A stretch of 64,000 nucleotides of DNA from an uncultured Phycisphaerales bacterium (GCA_963760535.1 CAVXEF010000026.1:18416-82415), one strand, 5' to 3'; counted from the first letter of the stretch, positions 26,469 through 38,498 are shown. Numbers and translations are program-made. Notes: generated from the sequence alone by a model not told the origin.

Positions 26469-26512
26469 CAATAGATGCCCATTTTTTTCTGCAGGCTGTG
26501 CCAATTCGGCAC

Positions 26513-26884
26513 TCAGCACGTCAAATGCAAGGCGGCGGCAACATTGGCACCCTGTGCAGACAATTCATTAAACCGCTGGACGGCACCGGCGGTATTCATC
26601 GTCTCAAGCTGGATACCTTTTTCCTGCAGAACCTGCCGCGTTTGTTCGGGCACTTCCATCAGCCCCGACGCACCGCAGCCGACAACCAGCACCGAAGGCC
26701 TGGCTGCGAAGACAGCCTTCAAATCTTCAGCAGACAACGAATGGCCCTCTTTTCTCCACCAGCCGGAACGGACAGCGCCGCCCACAATTAAGCAATCACT
26801 GTTGTAATTCACTCCGTTAATAATTATTCTGCCGAATTGATACGAATCGATATGCACCTGAAAATCCTGCGTCGTTATACACAA
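26513..26884 (-). CDS. Mth938/NDUFAF3-like (DUF498) domain protein
   Basis: 123 aa; ...YNSDCLIV..GAVRSGWW...HSLSAEDL...PSVLVVGCGASGLMEV...AAALHLTC matches my memory of that family pattern. Confidence 0.6.
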   Translation of the reverse strand: MCITTQDFQVHIDSYQFGRIIINGVNYNSDCLIVGGAVRSGWWRKEGHSLSAEDLKAVFAARPSVLVVGCGASGLMEVPEQTRQVLQEKGIQLETMNTAGAVQRFNELSAQGANVAAALHLTC

Positions 26885-26930
26885 ATCTTGTCCAAACCTT
26901 TAAGGCCTGTACTTGCCCATGCTGCCATAA

Positions 26931-28542
26931 TCAATCTCTTTTTTTACGGTATCGCTTATAGTCGATACCTAATTCGTTGACTTTATATCGTATAATCCTT
27001 GCGGTGGTTTTTAAATCTCGAGCTATTGCCGCCAGATTCCCATCGTTACGTTTGAGCGCATCAACAATCAGATCTCGTTCAAACAAATTGGTTCTTTCCT
27101 CCAATGAACCTGTGCCGATTGTGCCGGATGCGTCCGAGGTCTGAAGCGTTGGCGGCAGGTGATGTCCATGAATAACTCCGTCGCTGCTTAAAAGCACTGC
27201 TCTTTCGATACAGTTTTCAAGCTCACGGACGTTACCCGGCCAGTGATATGACACCATCATATTAATCGCAGGTGTACTGATGCGTCTAATGTCTTTGCCC
27301 ATTTTCCTGGAATACCGCTCAACGAAGAAATCAGCCAATAGCAGGATGTCATCCTTTCGCTGGCGCAGAGGCGGCAAGAAGACAGGAAACACGTTTATAC
27401 GATAGTAAAGGTCCTGCCTGAAACTTCCCTGGTCAACACATTTCTCTAAGTCTCGGCTTGTAGCTGTAATAATCCTTGCGTTTGTCCTTAAGGTGCGGTT
27501 GCTGCCGACGCGTTCAAATTCCTTTTCCTGAAGAACTCGAAGAAGCTTTACCTGGGTAGCGGAAGAGAAGTCACCTATTTCGTCGAGAAATATGGTGCCA
27601 TTGTTTGCCTCTTCAAGCCGACCTTTGCGACTTTGTATCGCTCCGGTAAAAGCCCCTTTTTCATGACCGAACAACTCGCTCTCGAGAAGGTTCTCATTCA
27701 GGGCAGCACAGTTGACTTTTACAAAAGTCCCTTTTGCTCTGGAACTGGAGAAGTGAATGGCATGGGCGACCAATTCTTTGCCGGTACCCGATTCACCACG
27801 TATAAGAACCGTCGTATCGCTGCCGGCGACCTGGTGAATCTGGTGATACACATCACGCATAGTATTGGAATTGCCTATTATATTTTCGGGGCGAAACTTG
27901 TCTTCCAGCTCATGACGTAATCGCAGATTTTCGTCTTCGAGCTGTTGACGCTCAATAGCAGCTTCCCGCCTGGTCCTCAAATCGTTTGCAATCATACTTG
28001 CAACGATGCTTAATACCCGCATTTCCTCATCGAGCGATGTTGTCTTCATCATAAGGTCTATCAACCGAAATTGTCCCAATTACATCATTGCCAATTGAAA
28101 TCGGTACACAAATAAAGCTTAAATCCTGCTTTGTAACATTCCATCTTTCAAACCGATTCAAAAAAAGCGGTTCCTGAGAAACTTTCGGGACAATCATTGC
28201 CTTGCCGGTTTGCATTACCTTACCAGTTACACCCTCTCCTATTCGATACGTAATTTTTCGACTCTGTTCCTGCGAGAGATTGTGAGCCGCTTCAATCCTA
28301 ATCTCATTGCCGTCAGGTGCAAGAAGCGTGATTGTACCTCTATTGAGACCAAGCTCATTGTCCAGCACCTCCAAAACCCTGGCAAGGTTCTCCTGCCCAC
28401 GTGCCCCTGCGGCCAGTATTTGACTAACCTTATAAAGGCTTTCAAGCTGCTGGACCTGATGTGAGGTATATACTACGTTATTTTGCCAAAGTGTCGTTTT
28501 CTTGGCCATTTTAAGAAAATCCTTCCAATTCTGATACGACAT
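26931..28542 (-). CDS. NifA/NtrC-like sigma-54-dependent activator, GAF-AAA+-HTH (apparent frameshift near 28040)
   Basis: The GAF half (28027..28542) and the AAA+ half (GESGTGKE, GAFTGA, ESELFGHEKGAFTGA, C-terminal Fis-type HTH) join as ...VDRPYDEDN|.SLDEEMRVLSIVA. Divergent from the amtB cluster. Confidence 0.8.
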
Positions 28543-28834
28543 AATTGTAACATACTCTGCAAGAGATGGCGATATAATTTTTCATTAAAAAACCCATAGC
28601 TTTTGGATTAGGTTTCGTAAGTACTTTAATTATAGAAAGATATGATGCGTTTTTTCTTAAATATTTTTTATTGAACCAGTACACCCTTTCCCTCGGTGTC
28701 TTCTAAAGAATGAGACACAAATGTTACCCTTCTTAAATAGATTACAAATTTGTTACACTTTTTAAGTTATTGGCTGCTCCAATTTAAAACATATCTCTTT
28801 TTGCAATAAGCACTTACAATATAGTCGTCTGTTC

Positions 28835-28850
28835 TGGTACGCATATTGCT
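28835..28850 (+). promoter_or_regulatory. candidate sigma-54 (-24/-12) promoter for the amtB-glnB cluster
   Basis: TGGTACGCATATTGCT has GG and GC with the canonical 10-nt separation (consensus TGGCACG-N4-TTGCW). It lies 42 nt upstream of ORF 28892 and about 350 nt upstream of amtB, next to a sigma-54 activator gene. Confidence 0.55.
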
Positions 28851-28891
28851 TAAAAAGTAGGCATATCAAGTGATTCAGAAAGGTAACGCCG

Positions 28892-29161
28892 TTGAAAAAA
28901 GAAGAAAAGATGTTAGTTTTAGCTTTGGGTGCGCTGGCATGTTCTGCGGACAGTATTTTTGGTAGCGAAAGTGAAAAGATAGGTCTCAATTTAACATCTG
29001 ATTTCCAGAGCAAGTACATCTGGCGGGGTCAGAACATCAACAACAAGAGCGTTTTTCAGCGGGCCATATCCGCAAGGGTACGGAAAGAAGCGACAATCTT
29101 TGGTTTGGTGTCGGGGTGTCGACTTCCTTTTGAGTACCCAAAGCCGCTATTACAGAAATGA
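28892..29161 (+). pseudogene. short porin-like ORF, possibly a remnant of the amtB-associated outer-membrane (TIGR02001/TorF-like) family
   Basis: Signal peptide MLVLALGALACSA and TSDFQSKYIWRGQNINNKSVFQ resemble the N-terminus of that ~230-aa family. Only ~89 codons remain, and the tail looks scrambled across frames. Confidence 0.3.
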
Positions 29162-29190
29162 ATGATAACGTTAAAAGTTAGGAGAAACAA

Positions 29191-30555
29191 ATGACGCAAA
29201 TACAAACAGAACCATTAGTGAAGATTAAACGGTTGTTTCCGGCTGTGATTTTGGGGTCAGTTCTGATGTGTCAGGCAGCATTTGCAGGCGAGGGAGGAAC
29301 GACTGCGCCGGCGAAGGCAGCTATAGACTCCGGGGATACCAGTTGGCTGCTGATATCAACCGCATTAGTGATGCTCATGACACCCGGGCTGGCGTTTTTC
29401 TACGGGGGGCTGGTTCGGCGAAAAAATATGCTGTCGGTACTTATGCAGTGCTTTATGGTTCTGTGCATAATAAGTATTCAATGGATAGTATGCGGGTACA
29501 GTTTATCGTTCGGGCCGGATAAGGGTTCTGTAATCGGCGGGCTGGAATGGTTCTTCCTGAAAAGCGTAGGAATGAACCCGAATCCCGACTATGCAGCGAC
29601 AGTGCCGCACGAAGTATTTATGATGTTCCAGATGATGTTTGCAGTGATAACGCCGGCGTTAATCATAGGCGCATTCGCGGAACGGATGAAATTCTCATGC
29701 GTTTTGTATTTTTATGCTGTTGTGGGCGACTTTTGTGTATGACCCGATAGCACACTGGGTATGGGGTGTTGGAGGTTTTTTGAGAAAGATGGGAGCGTTA
29801 GATTTTGCCGGTGGAGCTGTCGTTCATATAAACGCCGGGATGACAGCTTTGGCGGCAGCACTGATATTAAGGAAGCGACAGGGTTATCCGTGCAGTATTT
29901 CTCCTCCGCACAATTTGCCGTTTGCCGTGTTGGGTGCGGCTCTATTATGGTTTGGATGGTTCGGCTTCAACGCCGGCAGTGCCTTGAAGGCGTCGGGCTC
30001 TGGCAGGCAATGCGTTCACCGTAACACACATAGCCGGTGCCGTTGCCGGTGCAACGTGGGCTATGCTCGACTGGCTCAAGTACAAAAAGCCAACGACATT
30101 AGGTATGATTACCGGTGCAGTGGCCGGCCTGGCAGCCATTACCCCAGCATCCGGATTCGTTACGCCTGCGGCGGGCAATATGGATAGGTATAGGAGCAGG
30201 TGTATTTCCGTGGCTGGCAGTTACATATCTTAAAGGGGTGCTGGGTTATGATGATTCATTAGATGCCTTTGGCGTGCATGGAATCGGAGGCATCTGGGGC
30301 GTGATTGCAACAGGTATATGGGCCACAAAGACAATTAACCCGGATGGGGCAAATGGTTTGTTGTACGGTAATCCGGCACAATTGTGGATTCAGGTTAAGG
30401 CGGTTATTGTCACATTAGTGTATTCATTCGTAGTCGGAATCGTGCTGCTGAAGCTGGTGGATGCGGTAATGAAGCTGCGGGTAAGTGAGCACGAGGAGCG
30501 AGTGGGCCTGGATTTGACGCAGCATCGGGAAGCGGCGTATACATTGATTGATTAA
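29191..30555 (+). CDS. amtB: ammonium transporter (three apparent frameshifts)
   Basis: Segments in frames 1,2,3,1 join as ...FAERMKFS|..[18 protein letters not shown]...[11 protein letters not shown]|[25 protein letters not shown]...TPAAG|.[15 protein letters not shown]...[13 protein letters not shown]. Breaks fall near 29705, 29998 and 30178. Confidence 0.85.
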
Positions 30556-30574
30556 GCGAGAAAGGACAAGGCAA

Positions 30575-30916
30575 ATGAAATATGTAATAGCTATTATTCA
30601 GCCGGACCGTCTGGACGAGGTGCTCAAAAGATTGACGGAAAAAGAGATTCACCTTGTAACAGTATCAGATGTTGTTGGCCGAGGCCGACAGAAGGGTATA
30701 GCTGAGGTTTACCGAGGCCACAAAGAAAAGGGTAGTCTTCTGAGGAAGATGAAATTAGAGATAGCCGTCAACGAGAGCTTTGTGGAGCCGACGATACAGG
30801 CAATCATCGAAGGTGCAAAGACGGGGCAAATCGGCGATGGCAAGATATTTGTACTGGACCTGCCGGAATGCATCCGTATCAGGACAGGAGAAAGAGGCGG
30901 CGAGGCAATAGGTTGA
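30575..30916 (+). CDS. glnK: nitrogen regulatory protein P-II (GlnB/GlnK family)
   Basis: 113 aa; [20 protein letters not shown]...[14 protein letters not shown] aligns without gaps to E. coli GlnB as I recall it. Immediately downstream of amtB. Confidence 0.9.
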   Translation: MKYVIAIIQPDRLDEVLKRLTEKEIHLVTVSDVVGRGRQKGIAEVYRGHKEKGSLLRKMKLEIAVNESFVEPTIQAIIEGAKTGQIGDGKIFVLDLPECIRIRTGERGGEAIG

Positions 30917-31061
30917 ACAGAGGCTCTTGTTAAGGAAGGTAAGTCCTTTTGGCTTGCCCCTTCTTTTATTTTGTAACTTTCTGCAATTCTGTATAAGATG
31001 TTGCAGCAGTAAGGCAGGTATCAACAAAAACGAAAAAATGTCTATAAGAAGGAGAAACTCA

Positions 31062-32474
31062 ATGACACCGAAAGAGTTTTTTGAATTCGCAAAGAAGAAC
31101 AACGCAAAGATGGCGGACCTGAAATTCGTCGACCTCCTTGGCACGTGGCAGCACTGCACGTTCCCAGTGGAGTACTTGGACGAAAATACCTTGAAGGAAG
31201 GTCTCGGTTTCGACGGTTCCTCAATCCGCGGCTGGAAGCCGATTCACCAGTCCGACATGATGGCGGTTCCGGACCTCAGCACCGTCGTAATGGACCCGTT
31301 TTTCGAAAAACCTACGGTGAGCGTCATTACGGACATCATCGACCCCATCACACGTGAAGAATATAATCGCGACCCGCGCTATGTCGCCCGCAAGGCGGCC
31401 GAATTCGCGAAAAAGACCGGGCTGGCGGATACCGCGTATTTCGGCCCGGAGCCGGAATTCTTTATCTTCGACGAAGTTCGTTACGAACAGAACCAGCATA
31501 CCGGAATGTATGTCATCGATTCGGCGGAAGGGTCCTGGAACACCGCCCGTTTCGAAGAACCCAATCTTGGATACAAACCGTCGTACAAAGGCGGTTATTT
31601 CCCAGTGAGCCCGACCGACACCCAACAGGATATCCGGTCCGAAATGGTCGAGGAAATGCAGAAGATTGGGATTGTGGTCGAGAAACACCATCATGAAGTT
31701 GCCTCCGGGGGGCAAGCCGAAATCGACATGCTTTTCTCACCACTGGTCAAGATGGCCGACCAGCTTATGTGGTATAAGTACATCGTCAGGAACGTGGCCA
31801 AGCGCCACGGTAAAACGGCAACGTTTATGCCCAAGCCGATATTCCAGGACAATGGTAGCGGTATGCACACGCACTTCTCGCTCTGGAAGAAGGGCGTCAA
31901 CCTGTTCGCCGGCAAAGGATATGCCGGGCTCTCCGATCTCGCCATACATGCAATTGCCGGGCTCATCACCCATGCGCCGGCCATCCTGGCTTTCGCCGCG
32001 CCAACCACGAACTCATACCGCCGGCTCGTGCCAGGTTTCGAGGCGCCGGTGAACCTGTGTATGTCCGCACGTAACCGGTCGGCCGCCTGCCGCATCCCGA
32101 TGTACTCACCGAGTCCGAATTCTAAACGAGTCGAATTCCGTTGCCCAGACCCGAGCTGCAACGGCTACCTTACTTTCGCCGCGATGCTCATGGCTGCCAA
32201 CGATGGCGTCAAACGCAAGCTCGACCCCGGCAAACCGCTGGATGTGGACGTGTACGAGCTGTCCAAGAAAGAGCTGGCCAATACCAAACAGGCACCCGGC
32301 TCCCTCGCAGAGGCGATTGATGCGCTCGAGAAGGACCATGCGTTTCTCACCGTCGGCGACGTCTTTACCGAAGACCTTATCGAGACGTGGATTCAGTGGA
32401 AACGGGAAAAAGAATTGGACGAGATGGCACTGCGGCCGCATCCGTATGAGTTTCACCTATATTATGACAGTTGA
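31062..32474 (+). CDS. glnA: glutamine synthetase type I
   Basis: ATG 31062 lies 8 nt after [37 protein letters not shown]..., [24 protein letters not shown]. Confidence 0.9.
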   Translation: MTPKEFFEFAKKNNAKMADLKFVDLLGTWQHCTFPVEYLDENTLKEGLGFDGSSIRGWKPIHQSDMMAVPDLSTVVMDPFFEKPTVSVITDIIDPITREEYNRDPRYVARKAAEFAKKTGLADTAYFGPEPEFFIFDEVRYEQNQHTGMYVIDSAEGSWNTARFEEPNLGYKPSYKGGYFPVSPTDTQQDIRSEMVEEMQKIGIVVEKHHHEVASGGQAEIDMLFSPLVKMADQLMWYKYIVRNVAKRHGKTATFMPKPIFQDNGSGMHTHFSLWKKGVNLFAGKGYAGLSDLAIHAIAGLITHAPAILAFAAPTTNSYRRLVPGFEAPVNLCMSARNRSAACRIPMYSPSPNSKRVEFRCPDPSCNGYLTFAAMLMAANDGVKRKLDPGKPLDVDVYELSKKELANTKQAPGSLAEAIDALEKDHAFLTVGDVFTEDLIETWIQWKREKELDEMALRPHPYEFHLYYDS

Positions 32475-32491
32475 GAAGGTAGTCAGAGAAA

Positions 32492-35400
32492 GTGCAACGA
32501 ATACCTGAAAATCAGGGTTTATATGAAAGCCGATGGGAGCACGACGGCTGCGGAATAGGAGCCGTTGTAAAAATCAGCGGCCGGCGCGACCATTCTATCA
32601 TTGAATACAGCAAAGAGACTCTCCTGAACTTGCGTCACCGCGGAGCAGCAGGGGCTGACGAGGTTACAGGAGACGGGGCGGGCATTTTGTTTCAAATCCC
32701 CCACGAGTTCCTGCAGGATGAGTGTGAACGCTTAGGCTTTTCCCTGCCCGGTCTGTGCCAATATGGGGTGGGAATGGTATTTGGCCCACAGAATAAAGAG
32801 CTCCGCAGGAAGTGCGACCAAATCTTAGAGGACTCGATTAGCCATTACGGTTTGAAAGTGCTCGGCTGGCGAGATGTGCCAACGTCAAATGATTGTCTGG
32901 GGCAAATAGCTTTGCAGGCGGAACCCACTATAAAACAGATTTTCGTTGACGGCTCAGGACTCGAAGATGAGTTGCTGGAACGGGGATTGTATTTAGCACG
33001 GAAACAAGCTGAAAAACTTGTCAGAAAAAGGTTTGGGCAGGAAGGCGAAGATTTCTATGTGCCGATCGCTTTCCTGCAGAACCATCTGCTACAAAGGTAT
33101 GTTTATGGCATGGCAGTTGTTTGCCTATTATCCCGACCTTGCAGACGAGCGGGTCATCTCAGCTCTGGCGATAGTGCATCAGCGGTACAGCACCAATACA
33201 TTTCCGAACTGGCGGCTTGCCCAGCCGCTGCGGTGTATCGCTCATAATGGGGAGATAAACACACTCAGCGGCAATCGCAACTGGATGCAGGCCCGCCAGA
33301 TGAAGATGTCCAGTGAAGCGTTTGGTAACAGCATTGACGACCTGCTGCCGATTCTGACCCCGCAGGGAAGCGACTCTGCGTGTTTTGACAACGTGCTCGA
33401 ACTGCTTGTTCGTGCGGGCAGAAGCTTACCCCATTCAATGATGATGATGATACCCGAAGCGTTCGGCGCCAAATATCATATCAGTACGGATAAGCGCGCA
33501 TTTTATGAGTATCACGCGGCCATAATGGAGCCCTGGGACGGACCTGCCGCAATCGTTTTTACTGATGGGCGAATTGTCGGCGGAACACTTGACCGCAATG
33601 GTCTCAGGCCCTGCCGGTATCTTGTAACAAGTGATGATTTGGTCATTATGGCCAGTGAGACCGGTGTCGTTCAATTTCCACCGGAAAAAATCCGGCAGAA
33701 AGGGCGCCTGCGGCCCGGTCATATGTTTCTTGTTGACACCGTTGAAGGACGAATAATCTCCGACAACGAGATAAAAAGCAAGATTGCCCGTCAAAAACCT
33801 TATCGAAGATGGCTGGATGAAAACAGGATTGAGCTTCGCGGCTTATTTGATACGCCAAAATTGGTGCAAACCGACCCTGAAACATTAGTTCAGAAACTGC
33901 GATTGTTCGACTACACTCGTGAAGAGCTGAAGATGATTCTGCTTCCGATGGCCTTAAACGGTCAGGAACCCGTAGGTTCAATGGGAAATGACACGCCGTT
34001 AGCGGTGCTTTCCGACGGGCCAAAGCTTTTATTTAACTATTTCAAGCAGCTTTTTGCCCAGGTGACAAATCCGGCTATAGACCCTCTGCGCGAAGGATTA
34101 GTTATGAGCCTGATGAACTTCGTAGGCAGAAAATTAAACATTTTGGAAGAGACGCCTGAGCATTGCCGTCAGCTTAAACTGCCTCACCCGATTTTGGCCA
34201 ATGAAGATATTCAGCGGTTGCGCACGATAAAAAGACAAGACCTTAAAGTTGTCAGTATCTCATCTGTTTTTGATGTCAGCGCTGCTAATATTTCGCAAGG
34301 TCTGAAACAGGCGTTGAGTGGATTGGTTGATGCCGCCGAGCAAGCCATCAAGAAAGGGGCTTCACTGATAATAATCAGCGATAGAGAGGTTTCACAGACA
34401 AAAGCTCCAATTCCATCGCTTTTAGCGACAGCGGCGGTTCATAACGGCCTGCTTAATCGAGGCCTGCGGGGTGAGGCGGGTTTGATTGTTGAAAGTGGCG
34501 AGCCGCGTGAGGTAATGCATTTTTGCCTTTTATGCGGTTTCGGCGCCAATGCGATAAACCCCTATTTGGCATTTGAGACACTTAACTATCTCCATCGAGA
34601 AGATGAGTTACCTGCGGATATGGAGCCTTCTCAAATAGCAGACAATTATATCGCCGCAGTTAAGAAAGGCATTTTGAAAACAATAAGCAAGATGGGAATA
34701 TCAACGCTGAGGAGTTACACAGGGGCTCAACTGTTTGAAGCTATTGGATTAAATCGCTCTTTCGTGGATGAGTACTTTACCGGAACAAGTTCACGAATTG
34801 GCGGGATTGGCCTGGCGGAAGTTGCTCAGGAGGCGGTTGCACGCCACAAGGCGGCTTTTCAGCAGCGCCCCACAGGGGCGCTTGAGCTAAACTTTGGTGG
34901 CGAATATCATTTCAGACACAACAGCGAACGGCATCTTTGGAATCCCACAACCGTAGCACGCCTGCAGCACGCCGTCAAATTTGCAGACCGGCAGGCGTAT
35001 GAAGATTATGCAAATGCGGTAAATCAGCAGACCAAAAATCTGTATACTTTGCGCGGGCTTTTTGAATTTATTGACGGTGAAACAATACCGCTTGAGCAGG
35101 TCGAACCTGCCGGTGAAATCATCAAGAGATTCTGCACAGGTGCAATGAGTCATGGTTCAATTAGTAAAGAAGCACACGAGTGCCTGGCTATTGCTATGAA
35201 CCGCATAGGTGCGATGAGCAATACCGGCGAAGGCGGCGAAGACCCTTGTCGCTATGAGCCTGAACTTTACAGCGATTCAAAAAATTGCGCTATTAAGCAG
35301 GTTGCCAGCGGACGGTTTGGCGTCACACTGAATTACCTTGCACATGCAAAAGAGCTTCAAATAAAAATAGCCCAGGGTGCTAAACCCGGTGAAGGCGGGC

Positions 35401-37058
35401 AGCTGCCGGGTCATAAAGTTACAGAAGAAATCGCCAGACTCCGACATTCGACTATCGGAGTAACTCTGATATCGCCTCCGCCTCATCATGATATATATTC
35501 GATTGAGGACCTGGCACAGCTTATATATGACCTCAAGTGCAGTAACCCGGAGGCAAAAGTTTCGGTTAAGCTTGTTGCCGAAGTTGGAGTTGGTGCGATT
35601 GCAGCCGGTGTCGCCAAGGGGAATGCAGATGAAGTGCTTATCAGCGGGCACGATGGCGGAACCGGTGCCAGTCCTCTGTCCTCAATAAAACACACCGGCT
35701 GTCCCTGGGAACTTGGTCTGGCTGAGACCCAGCAGGTTCTGGTGATGAACAACTTAAGGGGCCGTATCCGGGTTCAGGTAGACGGCCAAATCAAGACCGG
35801 AAGAGACGTCGTTGTTGCTGCATTGCTGGGAGCTGATAGATTTGGCTTCGGCACGGCTGCTCTGGTAGCGCTTGGCTGCACACTACTTCGCAAGTGCCAC
35901 GAAGGGGCTTGTCCTTTTGGAATCGGCACCCAGGACCCGCAGCTGCGAATGCGATTTGCAGGAAAACCCGAGTATGTTGAAAGATTTATGTATTTTGTGG
36001 CTGAGGAAGTACGACAGATTATGTCACAGCTCGGCTTCAGAAAATTTGAAGATATGGTTGGCAGAGTAGACAGACTGAAGACCAGCACCGCAATCAATCA
36101 CTGGAAGGCAAAAGGCCTGGATTTCTCCGCGATTTTCCACCAGCCTGATGGCTTGGATGGGAAAGCGACAAGAGCAGTAAATCCACAGGCAAACAAACTC
36201 AATGACCATCTTGATTGGCAACTCATCGAGAAAGCCAAACCAGCGATTGAACAGGCCAAACATACTGTTATAGAAGTGCCGATTCGTAACACAGACCGAA
36301 CAGTTGGGGCGATTTTGAGTAATAAAATAGTAAAGAAACACGGCGAAAAAGGGTTACCCGATAACACGCTGGAAATTACCCTGCACGGCTCTGCGGGCCA
36401 AAGCTTCGGTGCCTTTCTTGCGCCTGGCGTGACTTTGAAACTGGTCGGTGACAGCAACGACTATCTGGGCAAGGGTCTTTCCGGGGGACGAATTGTTGTC
36501 AGGACGCCGGAAGGTTCACCGTTTATGAGCCACGAAAATATTATCGTGGGCAATACCGTGCTTTATGGTGCCACATCCGGTGAGGTTTTTATCAATGGGG
36601 TGGCTGGTGAAAGATTTTGTGTGCGAAACAGCGGGGTAACTGCCGTTGTCGAAGGCGTCGGCGACCATGGCTGTGAGTATATGACAGGCGGATTGGTTGT
36701 GGTCCTCGGGAAGACCGGATGTAACTTCGCGGCGGGCATGAGCGGCGGCCTCGCTTATGTGCTCGACGAGGCACAGCTATTTGATACGATGTGTAACCTT
36801 GATATGGTCGAGTTGGAAAGCGTTTGGAAAGAAGAGGACAAAAATCTGCTGTATGAGCTTATCCAGCAGCATCTCAGATGGACCGGCAGCGCACGTGCAC
36901 AAAGTATTCTGGATGCGTGGCTGGATATAGTCGGCAAATTTGTAAAGGTTGTCCCCATAGATTACCGCAAGGCATTAGAGAAAATGCGAACTGCCCAGCA
37001 GCAGCGAGATACTGAGACGATACCGGCAACAGAAGAGGTGTTTTCATGGGTGAAATAA
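32492..37058 (+). CDS. gltB: glutamate synthase large subunit (apparent frameshift near 33060)
   Basis: N-terminal amidotransferase EHDGCGIGAVV...TGDGAGILFQIP joins ...EDFYVP|SLSCRTICYKGM...HQRYSTNTFPNW..HNGEINTL. FMN and GXGXG domains follow. Confidence 0.9.
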
Positions 37059-38470
37059 AAGGTTTTCTAAAATACGGGCGTCAGGAAGTTGGACATCGGC
37101 CGGTCGAGGAAAGAATACATGATTTTGCCGAGTTCGACCTGCCGCTTACGCCGGAGCAAATCCACCAGCAGACGGCACGATGTATGGACTGCGGCATCCC
37201 GTTTTGCCACGGTGTCGGTTGTCCGCTGCAAAATAATATACCGGAACTAAATGAACTGGTGTACAAGGGTAAATGGCAACAGGCCTGTGAATTACTTCAT
37301 TTGAACAACAACTTTCCTGAAATTACAGGCCGGGTGTGTCCTGCACCGTGCGAAACCGCGTGTACGCTCTCCGTTAATGACGAACCTGTCCTTATCAGGC
37401 ATATTGAGCTCCAGATTGTCGAACGTGGATTTAAGGAAGGATGGATAAAGCCGGCACCGGCCAAACAGAAAACAGGTAGAAAAATCGCAGTGGTCGGCTC
37501 CGGCCCTGCCGGCCTGGCGGCCGCGCAGCAACTGGCACGAGCAGGCCATCAGGTAACAGTCTTTGAAAAAGATGAGCAGATAGGAGGCCTGTTGAGATAT
37601 GGTATTCCGGAATTTAAGCTTGAAAAACATATAATCGACCGTCGCCTCGAACAATTAAAAGGCGAAGGTGTGGAATTTCAGACAGGTGTTAACGCTGGGG
37701 AAGATACATCGGTTCGTTATTTGGAAAAGATGTTTGATTGTATCTGCCTGACAATGGGTGCTGAAACGCCACGAGACCTCGAAATACCCGGTCGAGGATA
37801 TGAGAATATTCTGTTTGCTACGGATTATTTGAAGACTCAAAACAAAATCTGCTGCGGCGAACCTGTAGACGAATCTTCGGTCATTACAGCAAAGAATAAA
37901 GTTGTGGTTGTAATAGGCGGCGGTGATACGGGAAGCGACTGTGTAGGAACAGCACGCAGAGAGGGTGCCAAAGAGATTTATCAGCTGGAGATTTTGCCGG
38001 AGCCGCCGCCAGCAAGACCGCCGGATACACCCTGGCCTATGTGGCCGCGAATTATGAGAACATCTTCTTCTCACGAAGAAGGCTGCCAGCGCCGATGGAG
38101 CGTAATGACCAAGAGATTCTCAGGTGTAGAAACCCGCGTAACATGCCTGCATTGCTGCCAGGTTAAGTGGATAAAGGAAAACGGGACGTGGAAACTGAAA
38201 GAGTTAGCAGGCTCCGATTTTACTCTTGAGGCCGACATAGTGCTCTTGGCGATGGGGTTTCTTCACGCAACACATAACGGGCTTATAAAAAAATTAGGTT
38301 TGAAACTTGATAAATCAGGCAATGTGGCAGTAGATAATTACCAGACAAGCGAATCAAGGGTATTTGCTGCTGGCGACACAATTAACGGGGCTTCATTGGT
38401 TGTTCGAGCCATCGACAGCGGACGCAAAGCAGCTGCCGCCATTGATGCCTGGTTAAAACCACAGTTTTGA
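37046..38470 (+). CDS. gltD: glutamate synthase small subunit (NADPH)
   Basis: 474 aa with CMDCGIPFC, Fe-S cysteines and VVGSGPAGLAAAQQLARAGH. It overlaps the gltB stop by 13 nt. Confidence 0.9.
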   Translation: MGEIKGFLKYGRQEVGHRPVEERIHDFAEFDLPLTPEQIHQQTARCMDCGIPFCHGVGCPLQNNIPELNELVYKGKWQQACELLHLNNNFPEITGRVCPAPCETACTLSVNDEPVLIRHIELQIVERGFKEGWIKPAPAKQKTGRKIAVVGSGPAGLAAAQQLARAGHQVTVFEKDEQIGGLLRYGIPEFKLEKHIIDRRLEQLKGEGVEFQTGVNAGEDTSVRYLEKMFDCICLTMGAETPRDLEIPGRGYENILFATDYLKTQNKICCGEPVDESSVITAKNKVVVVIGGGDTGSDCVGTARREGAKEIYQLEILPEPPPARPPDTPWPMWPRIMRTSSSHEEGCQRRWSVMTKRFSGVETRVTCLHCCQVKWIKENGTWKLKELAGSDFTLEADIVLLAMGFLHATHNGLIKKLGLKLDKSGNVAVDNYQTSESRVFAAGDTINGASLVVRAIDSGRKAAAAIDAWLKPQF

Positions 38471-38498
38471 GTTTTTAGTTTTAGGTTTTCAGTTTCTT
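38464..38498. repeat. heptanucleotide array GTTTTNN x5 filling the gltD-nadE spacer
   Basis: GTTTTGA (contains the gltD TGA stop) GTTTTTA GTTTTAG GTTTTCA GTTTCTT, followed directly by the nadE ATG at 38499. Confidence 0.6.

Noticed and set aside
28935-28947. Second sigma-54-like motif TGGCATgttcTGC
   Set aside because: The GG-to-GC spacing is 2 nt too short for a -24/-12 promoter, and the motif lies inside ORF 28892.
29191-30555. Programmed ribosomal frameshifting or genuine pseudogenisation as the explanation for the split genes (amtB, lon, ftsI, tsaD and others)
   Set aside because: I saw no slippery heptamer plus pseudoknot context. Breaks occur in both directions, often in homopolymers, in essential genes with fully preserved motifs and no nonsense codons. 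Consensus indel error is the more economical explanation, and it is testable with accurate reads.
30917-31061. Possible glutamine riboswitch or NtcA/sigma-54 site upstream of glnA
   Set aside because: I found only a small hairpin (AAGGA..TCCTT) and a dyad CTGCAA-N14-TTGCAG. There is no match to the glnA RNA motif as I remember it, no GTA-N8-TAC and no GG-N10-GC element.
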